64,000 nucleotides of DNA from Omnitrophica WOR_2 bacterium RIFOXYA2_FULL_38_17 (GCA_001805965.1 MHHG01000057.1:13514-77513), one strand, 5' to 3'. Positions 32,562 through 42,284 are shown, counted from the first letter of the stretch. The notes: generated by a model not told the origin, from the letters alone. Program-made: numbers and translations.

Positions 32562-35216
32562 TCATTTTAAAATAAGCGGCAGGTCACTGGCAGGGGAAAT
32601 ATTGATTATCACTGGAATAAAACCATCAACACTGATACTGTCAAGAGGCTGATATAACAATGGCAAGGGAACACCTTCACTGTCACGCCTTATCTCAAAG
32701 TTCATCTGAGCTGGATTAAGGTCGATACCACCATACTTTGCCTCTTCTGTTGACGCACGTGCAACATCATCTTGGACAACCATCTCTTCACTTTCAGCCG
32801 CGGACGATGCGATCATAGCATTATCATTTAGTTCTTCTTTGCTTAAATACCCTGACATCTGAGGGGGCAGGTACATGAACATACCTGTATGATCAAATTC
32901 AGAATCATCAAAGGCCCCTTCTGTTTCCCTACCTAACACATCAACAACATTTTTGAATCCTAAACTATTATGAAAGCCTCTTGCACCATCATCTGCAGGC
33001 TCAGAGTAGATAAGGCCTTGAAGGTCCTCTATCACAGTATCATCTGAAATAGCTTCTCTTGTAACATGCGCAACTAACTTGGTAGCCAATCGCTGACCCT
33101 GCGCACTCGGCAAAACCTCAACAGCATCTATATAGTATGCATATATATCATTGTCAAACACACTTTTACTTAGATCGGCAAGTAATTCACTATCAAATGA
33201 TGCCTTTTTCTTGCAATACAATATCATTCCTTTTAAATTCCTATTTTGATCACGAACAACATACAACCTTGGATCTTTAGCATTAAACGTCGGATCAATT
33301 GTTTTACTATATGCCATTGCCCAATCAAGCTTGCTAATCTTTGCAAACTCTTCAACGCCGTAAGTATTATCACCATCTATCTGACGTAAATCTTCAAATT
33401 CTCTAATTGAATCTAAGATCTTTTGATGGTCTGAGACAATTTCACCATAGAGGCTAGGCGCCTTCTCCTCAGATAGGTCTACAAAATCAAAAACATCCTG
33501 CTTATATTGAAAATTCGGTTTTACTTGAGACACACGCTCAGCCATCATTTTTTCCCTGGCAACACTGTCTTGGGATCCGTCTGATAATTTCACCCAAATC
33601 TCGCCAGCCTTAGTATGACCGATCCCAAGCAATCGAACCTCGCCAAACAAAGGGCCAAGATCAGACCAATCCTTATACAGCAAAGCTTCTATTATAAGAT
33701 CAGCATTTGTAAAACCACCTCTTCTGTTAGAACCGGAAATCTTATAAAAAACATTTTTATCATCACGGTCTTGATAAACCTTCGCTTTACCTACTCCCCA
33801 TATTCGTGTTTTTTTGCTGACATCAAGTTCCTCATCACTTAAAAATCCTTCAAATTCGCTAAGCCCCTCTAATTTATTACGCATTCTTTCAATGCCAGAT
33901 CCATTTATATCTCTAATCCAGCTTAAATATCTATCAGTATTCGATTGTTCTTCTCCCTCAGCATTAAGACGATCAAGCATAGTTCCAAGCATTGAATTGT
34001 CAATACCAGGAACAGCTGCGCTTCTATATTGGTGTAAATTGATCTTAACTTTCCTTAGATCCCTTATTTGAGCCTTTAAGCTTGCTTGCTGAAATTGGGA
34101 CAGGTTATTAACATCATCTCTAATGTCCAGGACCTCCTGAGTTAACATTGCCAGATCGCCCCCACCCGAAAAATACTTTCTGGGAATTATCTGCTGTGAT
34201 ACAGGATCATAACTGTCCTTCACATAATCGTATACGCCTTCTTTAAATGCCATCAAATAACGCTTGTAGATTTTTTCATTAGCACTTTTATCCTCAATAT
34301 CAACACCTTTTACTTTGGCTTTATCAACATATATCTTTCCCAAAAGCGATTCTTTAAGCCTTTGCTTGTACCAGGATGCCAATATCATGGACTGAAATAT
34401 CTGCCTTAGGTTTGAAAATGTTTTTCCAGAATTAACTTCCTTTTCGATCTCAGGAATTATAAGGTCTTTGACTATTTCCGAAGACATACCGCTAATAACC
34501 TCTTTATCCCCTGACATAAGCTCTTCCATTCCCGACAAATCTTTACGAAAATGCTGCTGCAACGCCACATAATCTTCTTCGAGCATGATCTTCAAATGGC
34601 TTTCTACAACAAATGCACTCATTCCATTCTCATATACAACTGCTTTCTCAGGAATTATCCAGATTTTATTAAAAGTGTTCATGGGTATATCTGCCGTCCC
34701 ATATCTATCCAAAGCCTTTTCATATACCCTGTCCCAAAATTCCTGACCCAACTGTTCTTCAGGATACATTAATGAAGCCGATAGCTGTTTTAGCAAATAA
34801 TCCTGGGCTAAAAGGTCCCTGCCCATTTCAGTTAATCCAAATTGCTCCGGAATAATTCTGCCTTTCTCGTAAGGAGAAAGGTTAACCCACATCTGTTCTT
34901 CAGGAACAGTCAATGCCGCCAAAAAGTATTTGATCATCTTGCTTGATTCATCTTCAAATTCCTCGTTCTCTAATTGATCATCACCGGGAACAACAAAGAA
35001 ATCAATTTCTAACGGATTTTCAGCATAGACCGTCAGCCCCTTTATAATGGCTGGAGAATATACCTGAGTAGGCTGTAAGATCGTTTGTGGGGCAGGTAAT
35101 GCTATTGGCTGCGCATAGGCTGCTGTGCCTGCAGGCAAAATAATCTGAAGCAGGAATACTATTGCCATAAAGACATTTGCAAAACTCATAATTTCTGACT
35201 TTCTCTTTATTATCAT
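32562..35216 (-). CDS. Large secreted modular protein with conserved-looking termini and GNAT-containing central cargo
   Basis: Signal peptide; N-domain WVNLSPYE..GRDLLAQDYLLKQ..RKYFSGG; C-domain GGIDLNP..GFIPVIINI; GNAT motif EVLPSAQGQRLATKL..ARGFHNSLGF. Confidence 0.75.
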   Translation of the reverse strand: MIIKRKSEIMSFANVFMAIVFLLQIILPAGTAAYAQPIALPAPQTILQPTQVYSPAIIKGLTVYAENPLEIDFFVVPGDDQLENEEFEDESSKMIKYFLAALTVPEEQMWVNLSPYEKGRIIPEQFGLTEMGRDLLAQDYLLKQLSASLMYPEEQLGQEFWDRVYEKALDRYGTADIPMNTFNKIWIIPEKAVVYENGMSAFVVESHLKIMLEEDYVALQQHFRKDLSGMEELMSGDKEVISGMSSEIVKDLIIPEIEKEVNSGKTFSNLRQIFQSMILASWYKQRLKESLLGKIYVDKAKVKGVDIEDKSANEKIYKRYLMAFKEGVYDYVKDSYDPVSQQIIPRKYFSGGGDLAMLTQEVLDIRDDVNNLSQFQQASLKAQIRDLRKVKINLHQYRSAAVPGIDNSMLGTMLDRLNAEGEEQSNTDRYLSWIRDINGSGIERMRNKLEGLSEFEGFLSDEELDVSKKTRIWGVGKAKVYQDRDDKNVFYKISGSNRRGGFTNADLIIEALLYKDWSDLGPLFGEVRLLGIGHTKAGEIWVKLSDGSQDSVAREKMMAERVSQVKPNFQYKQDVFDFVDLSEEKAPSLYGEIVSDHQKILDSIREFEDLRQIDGDNTYGVEEFAKISKLDWAMAYSKTIDPTFNAKDPRLYVVRDQNRNLKGMILYCKKKASFDSELLADLSKSVFDNDIYAYYIDAVEVLPSAQGQRLATKLVAHVTREAISDDTVIEDLQGLIYSEPADDGARGFHNSLGFKNVVDVLGRETEGAFDDSEFDHTGMFMYLPPQMSGYLSKEELNDNAMIASSAAESEEMVVQDDVARASTEEAKYGGIDLNPAQMNFEIRRDSEGVPLPLLYQPLDSISVDGFIPVIINISPASDLPLILK

Positions 35217-35435
35217 TTAATATTCCTATTAATATAGCTCTTGCTAATAAGTATAACTTAAAGCGCAATATTATACCAAAAGAGTTCCTTAACTACTGGA
35301 TTGCATCTGGCAATGTCCGCAAAGAAAGAATATTGCCTTGCTCAAAAAAAGCCAGAAACAACTTTTCAAGTAAATGAAAGGCTTTAATATATTCGTAGTT
35401 CAAATGTAATAGGATCAATCAACTTGAAGAAAAGT

Positions 35436-37967
35436 CTATTGTTTTGGGAGCAAATTATCTGTATATATCTCGCTTATTCCATAAGAACCCATAAATTGCT
35501 CTGCTTCAATTTCAGTATTTACCGTATGAACATATGTTGGAATATTCATTTCGGCTAATAGCTTAGGTAAGTCCGTTTTAGCTAAGTTCGGGGGCATCGT
35601 TACTGCAAAGGGTCCTTTAAATTCATTTACCCATTTCAATATATCATTTTTTGTACCTTTATATCTGTAAAGCGTCCAGATCACTCTGTTATATCCAAGC
35701 TTCTTGACAACAGAATAATTTTCAGGCTCATAGATCTGAGGAATAACCCTGTTTTCATAATCCTGCATTCTCTCTGATATTAGTTTTAAAGCTTGAATAT
35801 TATCGCCTTTAACATCAGTAATTAAAGTTGCAGATAAATTATTTTCAAGCCATTGTACCAGATCATCAAATGAAACACTCTTAAGATCAGAACTATCATC
35901 AAGCACCTCATTAAATTCTTTTAGTGAAGGCGGCATTTTATTCCCAACTATTTTTGCTTTTTGATAATATCCCTCAAAATCATGTACGCATACCAAATGA
36001 TTATCACTTGTAAATGAAAAATCGATTTCAAAGTACAAAAATCCATCTTTAAAATTTCTATCAATAGCTTTTAAACTATTCGTATATGTTCTATCATCTA
36101 TTGCCCCTCCAGCATGGGCCACACGTTGCACTTTAAAATTAGAGCCTAACTGTAATGCATCGCGTATCTCATGCGCACTTAATTTAATATTTTCCCTTAA
36201 TTTCCATTTTTTTAAATAATTTCCTCTTGTGCCTAATACGGCACAACAGCCTCTATCACCTAAATTATGGTCAATCTTATTCATTTTTGCACAATCATCT
36301 ATTAATAAAAAGTGACTTGTTATCTTGTCGTCTTCTAAAATATCAAACAAAGTTTTATTCCTTGGAAATCTGTTAAAGTTAAATATTAAGGTTGTTTTAA
36401 AGGCATCATCAAACCTAAGCAAAGCAGGGATGTTGAACTTCCTTTCATCTATCTGCACAACTCGCTCATGCAAATCTATTTTTATAAATTCATCGATCCT
36501 TGGAAATTCCCAAAAGGCTAAAGCATCCTTTCTCCATCCTTTTAAATTTTTATGGATCAGTTTTACTTCGTCATTTTTTACCTTTGTGTCCAGCAAATCC
36601 CTTCCCAATCCCACATCTCCTTTAAATCCTATAAAAGGAAGTACTGTCGGGCTAATATCCAAAGTTGACCCCAATCTATTTATCTCCTTTGAGTTCTTTA
36701 ACTGAGGATCAAAGATCATAAAAAGATTCCTTCTTTTCCCTAGATTCAATAGCTCATAAGCAGTATTCCTCATAGCAAGATGATCTGATTGCAAAACAAT
36801 TACTGTTTTTTCTGCATAAGGAGATATAGCAATTTTGTCAATGAATTCGGCAATCAAATATTCAGAACATGAAACCGCATCTAACATTTTGTTTGACCCG
36901 CTTTCAGATATTTTATTCTCACATCTTTGCGAAACATGTCCTACAGGTGCATGTGTACCCAATGTTAATATAAATATCCCGAAAGGCTTGTCTTTTTTTG
37001 ACTGATCAATGAAACTATCATATGCAATATCTAATAAAGAATCATCAAACAAACCCCAATTATTCAAATATGCCTTGTCGGGTAACCTGTCAAGCAATTC
37101 AGCATTACCATATACATCATCAAAATTATGCGTTTTAAAATATTTATCCTTGCCTGCAAACCTGATATCCGCTCCCCCGAAGAAAGAAAGACGGTATCCC
37201 TGATCATGGAGCAAATCTCCCAAGCAGACAGCCTTTTGTAAAAAAGTATCCATTCCTGACATTGCATTACCGTGAGATGTCGATATTAATGGCACCCCGC
37301 ATTGACTTGCGACTATGCCACCCATTGTATTGTGAGCATACTCTACCTGGACAATATTTGAAAAATCAATTCTTTTTGTCTTAATTTGTTTTATATATCT
37401 ATTTAAACCAGGAAAAATTGCCGGATCAAAATAGGTTCTTTCCATGCTTTCTGCATATATAACGATTAAATTCTTTTTCAGCTTGTCATTATGCTCAAGG
37501 TTAGGCTTCAAATAATGCTCACTAAAACTCTCAGAGCTTGTTTTTACAAAATATAGATTTTTTAGATCATGCACTGCAGGGTTCAATAAAATTGAAATAA
37601 ACTGGACAAAATATAGGAAGATCAATAAAGCCTTATTGCTGTTAATTGCGGTATCTTTTTTCTTTATAAAAACAATCAGCACAAATATTCCAATAGCTAT
37701 TATTGCAATAATTGAAAACCCTATGAGATTTGACAAATGTGCGAATCCTGAGCCATTAAAACCATATTTCAAATGAAATATAACAGACTCATCAATACCA
37801 TAGGAAGTAATTTCATCGGAGATAAAATAGAATAAGTTTAATAAAAGAGAGGCTACTGTTAAAAATAAAAGTATTAAAGTGTTAAATAAGCTTACTTTTC
37901 TTCTACGAAGAACAAATCCAAATATCAGAATAAAAACAAGAGATAAGTACAGATGTGGATTATTCAT
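35436..37967 (-). CDS. OpgB/LTA-synthase-family phosphoglycerol transferase fused to a GDPD-like domain
   Basis: IYAESME, TMGGIVASQCGVP, WGLFDD, TLGTH, QSDH; C-terminal VAHAGG..YTNS..FEIDF..VCVHD..TDVK..IYTD. Confidence 0.85.
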   Translation of the reverse strand: MNNPHLYLSLVFILIFGFVLRRRKVSLFNTLILLFLTVASLLLNLFYFISDEITSYGIDESVIFHLKYGFNGSGFAHLSNLIGFSIIAIIAIGIFVLIVFIKKKDTAINSNKALLIFLYFVQFISILLNPAVHDLKNLYFVKTSSESFSEHYLKPNLEHNDKLKKNLIVIYAESMERTYFDPAIFPGLNRYIKQIKTKRIDFSNIVQVEYAHNTMGGIVASQCGVPLISTSHGNAMSGMDTFLQKAVCLGDLLHDQGYRLSFFGGADIRFAGKDKYFKTHNFDDVYGNAELLDRLPDKAYLNNWGLFDDSLLDIAYDSFIDQSKKDKPFGIFILTLGTHAPVGHVSQRCENKISESGSNKMLDAVSCSEYLIAEFIDKIAISPYAEKTVIVLQSDHLAMRNTAYELLNLGKRRNLFMIFDPQLKNSKEINRLGSTLDISPTVLPFIGFKGDVGLGRDLLDTKVKNDEVKLIHKNLKGWRKDALAFWEFPRIDEFIKIDLHERVVQIDERKFNIPALLRFDDAFKTTLIFNFNRFPRNKTLFDILEDDKITSHFLLIDDCAKMNKIDHNLGDRGCCAVLGTRGNYLKKWKLRENIKLSAHEIRDALQLGSNFKVQRVAHAGGAIDDRTYTNSLKAIDRNFKDGFLYFEIDFSFTSDNHLVCVHDFEGYYQKAKIVGNKMPPSLKEFNEVLDDSSDLKSVSFDDLVQWLENNLSATLITDVKGDNIQALKLISERMQDYENRVIPQIYEPENYSVVKKLGYNRVIWTLYRYKGTKNDILKWVNEFKGPFAVTMPPNLAKTDLPKLLAEMNIPTYVHTVNTEIEAEQFMGSYGISEIYTDNLLPKQ

Positions 37968-38001
37968 TTAAAGTTCATTATCTTTTATAACATTGTATTT
38001 T

Positions 38002-38424
38002 TTAGTCATTTTTGTGCTCTTCAACGAACTTCATACATGCCTTTGCTATATCCTTGATGGATATCATTCCTATCAATTTATTATCATCAACTACAGGAAC
38101 ATGCCGGAAATTAAGCCCGCTCATCATATGATATACATCAAAAATTGATGTGCCAGAAGTAACCGTTGAAGGATGTATTGTCATAACCTCTTTCACATGA
38201 ACCTTTTCAAGATTCAAACTTTCAGGGACAACTCGCCTTAGAACATCCCTTTCAGTAAAAATACCGACGATTTCATCCTTATCATTACAAACAGCCATCG
38301 CGCCAATATTCCTGACAAACAGTTCTTTTATAGCCTCCATAATAGTGACCTCTTGCGATATCTTCCCCACCCTTTTTGCCATTATATCGCCAGCTGTTAA
38401 TGCTGATATTTTTTTTGCTAACAT
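38002..38424 (-). CDS. CBS-domain protein
   Basis: VGIFTERD, FRHVPVVD..GMISIKD. Confidence 0.92.
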   Translation of the reverse strand: MLAKKISALTAGDIMAKRVGKISQEVTIMEAIKELFVRNIGAMAVCNDKDEIVGIFTERDVLRRVVPESLNLEKVHVKEVMTIHPSTVTSGTSIFDVYHMMSGLNFRHVPVVDDNKLIGMISIKDIAKACMKFVEEHKND

Positions 38425-38579
38425 TATCCCCCCCCTTGATTACATATTACCAAATTTTATTTCAACATAACAAACAATGCTAAATATTTCAGTTTTCTTT
38501 TCTTTGATTTACAATACATCGTAGCTATCACATAAATCAAGGATAATTAGCTTTTTTGTGCCGCAAGGAAACAAAATAA

Positions 38580-38740
38580 TAAATAAAAAGGCCGCTCATT
38601 TAAATGACCGGCCTATTTATTCCGTTGGGGTCTTGCGGTGGAATTCCAGGGACTAACACAAACTTAATAAATAATTTTGCGCTAGTCCCTGGGGCAATAA
38701 CAGTCCGTCGCTCGGGGGCGGTTGGCAACGGTGCTATTGA
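38580..38740 (-). ncRNA. Candidate four-hairpin small RNA downstream of c-di-GMP riboswitch 1
   Basis: Three consecutive stems, G-U wobbles in H1 and H2 only on minus, C-rich loops, own terminator; no credible ORF. Confidence 0.55.
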
Positions 38741-38747
38741 TCATAAT

Positions 38748-38787
38748 AAAAAAGACCTGTCCCTTATAAAAAGAGACAAGTCTTTTT
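38748..38787 (-). terminator. Expression-platform terminator of riboswitch 1
   Basis: AAAAAGACUUGUCUCUU / AAGGGACAGGUCUUUUUU on minus. Confidence 0.75.
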
Positions 38788-38816
38788 CAGTAAAAATATC
38801 TACGCCTTTTTTTCGA

Positions 38817-38904
38817 TTCGGCAACTGGCTATCCATTTCTTTGGACCCTTTAGCTTTGCGTCCCTGGGTTGCCCCAGGTTTGCCATTTTCGTCGTTATGC
38901 CCCC
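38817..38904 (-). ncRNA. c-di-GMP-I (GEMM) riboswitch 1
   Basis: GGCAAACCUGGG GCAA CCCAGGGACGCAAAGCUAAAGGGUCC...GGAUAGCCAGUUGCCGA. Confidence 0.92.
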
Positions 38905-38913
38905 TACTAGTTA

Positions 38914-38942
38914 AGTATATAACACATATAGTAAACTAGCAA
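38914..38942 (-). promoter_or_regulatory. Sigma70-type promoter of riboswitch 1
   Basis: TTGCTA-N17-TATACT on minus. Confidence 0.6.
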
Positions 38943-38968
38943 ATAAGGAGCGTTTATTCCTTTATAAA

Positions 38969-39868
38969 CTAACCACAATTGTAACAACTCTGCTCAAATT
39001 TCTCCCCGTTTGCCAGATACACTGTTAATTCCATGAATTCGCATGTTTTACTGTCTGAACATGCTGAACAATCAGTCTTAAGCCCAATATCAGCGCACCT
39101 TGCGCCTCCGGTGCTTGATTCACATCTATAGCATATACCATCAACATCCGGCAGCTCTTCAACCACACAATTGCCATCACATTCTGTACAATCTGAAAAG
39201 TTTAACAGATCAAAAACAGTGCAATCCTCTTGTCCTGCACTAACCAGCTCTTCAATGTCTTCATTAATCATTTTATAATTATCTGATATTTCGATAACAT
39301 CATCACCTTCATAATCCAGCTGATCTTCAGAATAATTCTCAGGCTCAATTTTTGAAATCAGCACAATTGTTTTGTCTTTTGCCTTGTCCTCATTAACATT
39401 TGTTTCAAATGTTAGTTCTTCGGGAATAGATTCAACATCTTTTTCATCAGATGTCTCTGTTACTGCCGGTATTTCTACACAAGAATAGCAGTCCTGACCA
39501 CCAGTCATTTTTTCAATTGCCAAACATTGAGCACCAGGAATAGATGTGCAGAATTCACACATATCCTTTGTAACAAGCCCTATATCCCCGCAAGTTTGGA
39601 TGATTTGCACCTGCACAACTTCTGCAACAGGTTCATTAACTGCTTTCTTAGTAATCTTTGCTTCTACTTGTTCAGGCTTAACTGGCACTTCTTCTTTAAA
39701 CAAATTTTCATATGTCTTTTCCGGCACCATAACATTAGAAACCTCCAGCTGTTTCTTTTGTTCATATTCTTCTATGGTTTTATTTGTCACAACCTTTTTC
39801 GAGCAGCCTACAATCGCTGCAGAGAATATGACCATTCCAACAACTGCAAAATATTTTATTTTATACAT
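38969..39868 (-). CDS. Cys-rich lipoprotein with three 6-Cys modules
   Basis: Lipobox IVGC; repeated C..CxxC..C..CYxC. Confidence 0.75.
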   Translation of the reverse strand: MYKIKYFAVVGMVIFSAAIVGCSKKVVTNKTIEEYEQKKQLEVSNVMVPEKTYENLFKEEVPVKPEQVEAKITKKAVNEPVAEVVQVQIIQTCGDIGLVTKDMCEFCTSIPGAQCLAIEKMTGGQDCYSCVEIPAVTETSDEKDVESIPEELTFETNVNEDKAKDKTIVLISKIEPENYSEDQLDYEGDDVIEISDNYKMINEDIEELVSAGQEDCTVFDLLNFSDCTECDGNCVVEELPDVDGICYRCESSTGGARCADIGLKTDCSACSDSKTCEFMELTVYLANGEKFEQSCYNCG

Positions 39869-39880
39869 ATAGCACCTCTC

Positions 39881-41959
39881 TTACTTTTTGCTCAATTGAT
39901 CTATATTTTTATCAGCAATCATCTTTGGTACGCTGATAGTTATCGAGATATTGCCATCACTTAAGACTTCTTCAGACTCCACTTTAATAATACTTTCAAC
40001 TCCGTCTATATCAACATTATACAGCTCTGAAACTTCCTGCTGAATGCGTTTTAAGGCCATATTCTGCGTCATTTTTCTTTTTATCTCTTCAGTTGAACTC
40101 TTCAAATTTACGACCGGGAACACCCTGGTCATAAAAACTCTTTCTTCCTTTTCTTTCACATTTGGGTCAAAAGAGAACACTTTAATGCTATCTGCCATAT
40201 AATCCGAAACATAAATTTTACCATCATTACTTTCTATTGATGTTAGATTAGGAAAATAGCTTGGGCCCTTTCCGGCAGAACCAAACTCCATGACATATTT
40301 TCCTTTATCGTCGAGGATGTAAATCTTATTTGTTCCTTTATCTGCAATGTAAAGATATCCATTCTCATCTAGAGTAAAGTCAACCGGCTCTTTAAACTCC
40401 ACCTCATCGAGAACGCTGCCTATTACCCTAAGGACCTTTCCATCTTTATCGAATACCTGTATACGCCTATTCTTGTAATCAAGCACATACAATTGGTCCT
40501 TATCATCAAATTCAATATCTTTTGGCAAAAAGAAAGTACCTGGCTCTGCGCCTGATTCTCCGATAGTTTCTGTTAATCTGCCAAACGAGTTAAGATATAT
40601 TCCTTCCTCACTAAAAACCTGTATTCGATGATTCTTTGTGTCCGATACATAAATATAGCCGTCCTTGCTAACTGCAACACCTTGAGGGCTATTAAACTCA
40701 CTCGTATTATTCCCTTTTTTGCCAAAACTATATTGAGATGTCCCATCTTCATTTAAAAACTGTATACGGTTATTTCCTGTGTCGGCAATGATCATTTTCC
40801 CGTCATTATAAACATATATAGTCTTCGGGCCGTTCATGCCCAAAACATTCTCGTCTGCTTTTGCTATCAGTGATTTATTTTCTCCTTTTAGCAATATTTT
40901 CCCGTTAGTGTCAGAAAGCGAATACAAGCCTTTCTTTTTCACAAATCTTATATCAACTATATTTTCTCCAGCATATATGGATGAGTCATAATCCAAAACA
41001 GGTGTAATATATTGAACAGGATGCAGTGATGTTTTGTTGCTACCGCTAACCTGCATCATCTGCACTCTCTTATTTCTAGCATCCGCTATCAAGATCTTAT
41101 CCTTAGATGCGGCGGTGATATTTTCAGGCAGATCAAATTGGCCACGGCCCTCTCCGCGGGACCCGAATGAGAACAAAGCCTTTCCATCCTGATCTAGCTT
41201 AACGATCTTATTTTTATTGCTCTCTATAATGTAAATATCCCCTCGCTCATCAACATCCAATGCAACAGCATAATATAGAGGATTATATCCATTCTCGACA
41301 TTCGTTATATCTATGGCATCATCTGAACCTTGCGGATATTTCACGATCCTTCCACTTTCATTAAAAAGCAAGTACATGCTTTGTTCTTTATCAAAAACTA
41401 TGTCCTTAGGCGTTTCTTCAATTTGCTTTTCACTTAAAAACGCTCCATGAGGGCTAAACTTCAATATTTTATTAGTTTTATCATCAACGACATATATATA
41501 TCCAAGCATATCAATTGCAACATTTGACGGAGACTTAAATTGCCCGGGAACAGAACCTTCATTTCCAAGCTCATACAGAACTTCTCCGCTGGGCCTGAAA
41601 ACCTGCACTCTGTTATTACCTGTATCAGCTACTACAACATCACCCTCCCTTGTTAATGCTATTGTTTTAGGCTTATACATTTGGCCCAACTGAGACCCTT
41701 TTTCTCCGAAAGCCACTTTAAGAACTCCTTCACTGGTAAAAACAGAGATCTTCGCAGTACTTTCATCTAATATATAAACATCCCCTGAAGATGAAACTGC
41801 AATATCAACCGGCTTCTCTATTCCAGATTTTAACTCTCTTATAAAGCTAACCTTTTCCTCACAATTCCCTTTAGAGCTTACAAGAACAAATGTCACTATT
41901 AGAATAGTTAAAATACCGATTTTTGAGGTTTTGATCTGATTCACATGATACCTTTTCAT
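39881..41959 (-). CDS. Secreted NHL-repeat (double beta-propeller) protein
   Basis: Repeated G.F..P.GVAV...YVADT.N.RIQVF units; N-terminal signal. Confidence 0.9.
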   Translation of the reverse strand: MKRYHVNQIKTSKIGILTILIVTFVLVSSKGNCEEKVSFIRELKSGIEKPVDIAVSSSGDVYILDESTAKISVFTSEGVLKVAFGEKGSQLGQMYKPKTIALTREGDVVVADTGNNRVQVFRPSGEVLYELGNEGSVPGQFKSPSNVAIDMLGYIYVVDDKTNKILKFSPHGAFLSEKQIEETPKDIVFDKEQSMYLLFNESGRIVKYPQGSDDAIDITNVENGYNPLYYAVALDVDERGDIYIIESNKNKIVKLDQDGKALFSFGSRGEGRGQFDLPENITAASKDKILIADARNKRVQMMQVSGSNKTSLHPVQYITPVLDYDSSIYAGENIVDIRFVKKKGLYSLSDTNGKILLKGENKSLIAKADENVLGMNGPKTIYVYNDGKMIIADTGNNRIQFLNEDGTSQYSFGKKGNNTSEFNSPQGVAVSKDGYIYVSDTKNHRIQVFSEEGIYLNSFGRLTETIGESGAEPGTFFLPKDIEFDDKDQLYVLDYKNRRIQVFDKDGKVLRVIGSVLDEVEFKEPVDFTLDENGYLYIADKGTNKIYILDDKGKYVMEFGSAGKGPSYFPNLTSIESNDGKIYVSDYMADSIKVFSFDPNVKEKEERVFMTRVFPVVNLKSSTEEIKRKMTQNMALKRIQQEVSELYNVDIDGVESIIKVESEEVLSDGNISITISVPKMIADKNIDQLSKK

Positions 41960-41988
41960 TTTTTTCTCCTCTCTACAATTAATCCCAT

Positions 41989-42033
41989 AAAAAAAGGCCT
42001 ACCCTTTACAAAAAAGGATAGGCCTTTCTTTTT
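41989..42033 (-). terminator. Expression-platform terminator of riboswitch 2
   Basis: AAAGGCCUAUCCUUU / AAAGGGUAGGCCUUUUUUU on minus. Confidence 0.75.
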
Positions 42034-42060
42034 TATTATATGAACTACACCATTATTTCT

Positions 42061-42147
42061 TTTCGGCAACTGGCTATCCATGTCTCAGGACCCTTTAGCT
42101 TTGCGTCCCCGGGTTACCCCGAGTTTGCCTTTATCGTTTATGCCCCC
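42061..42147 (-). ncRNA. c-di-GMP-I (GEMM) riboswitch 2, upstream of the NHL operon
   Basis: GGCAAACUCGGG GUAA CCCGGGGACGCAAAGCUAAAGGGUCCUGAGACAUGGAUAGCCAGUUGCCGA. Confidence 0.92.
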
Positions 42148-42208
42148 ACTTGCACAAACAAAAAAAAGAGGCTAATTCTTTTTTAAGAATCCGCCCCTCT
42201 TTTTCTCA

Positions 42209-42237
42209 AGTATAGAACGTAAAAAACAAAAATGCAA
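42209..42237 (-). promoter_or_regulatory. Sigma70-type promoter upstream of riboswitch 2
   Basis: TTGCAT-N17-TATACT on minus. Confidence 0.55.
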
Positions 42238-42284
42238 ATTTCTTTCAAAAATATTCTTAAAACACATAACGTTCATTGAACTTT

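Noticed and set aside
38682-38744. 20-codon minus ORF MINSTVANRPRATDCYCPRD
   Set aside because: No RBS, starts just after a terminator U-tract and is buried in stems; not fully excluded.
38604-38939. 111-aa plus-strand ORF
   Set aside because: Antisense to the riboswitch and hairpins; no RBS and no protein-like features.
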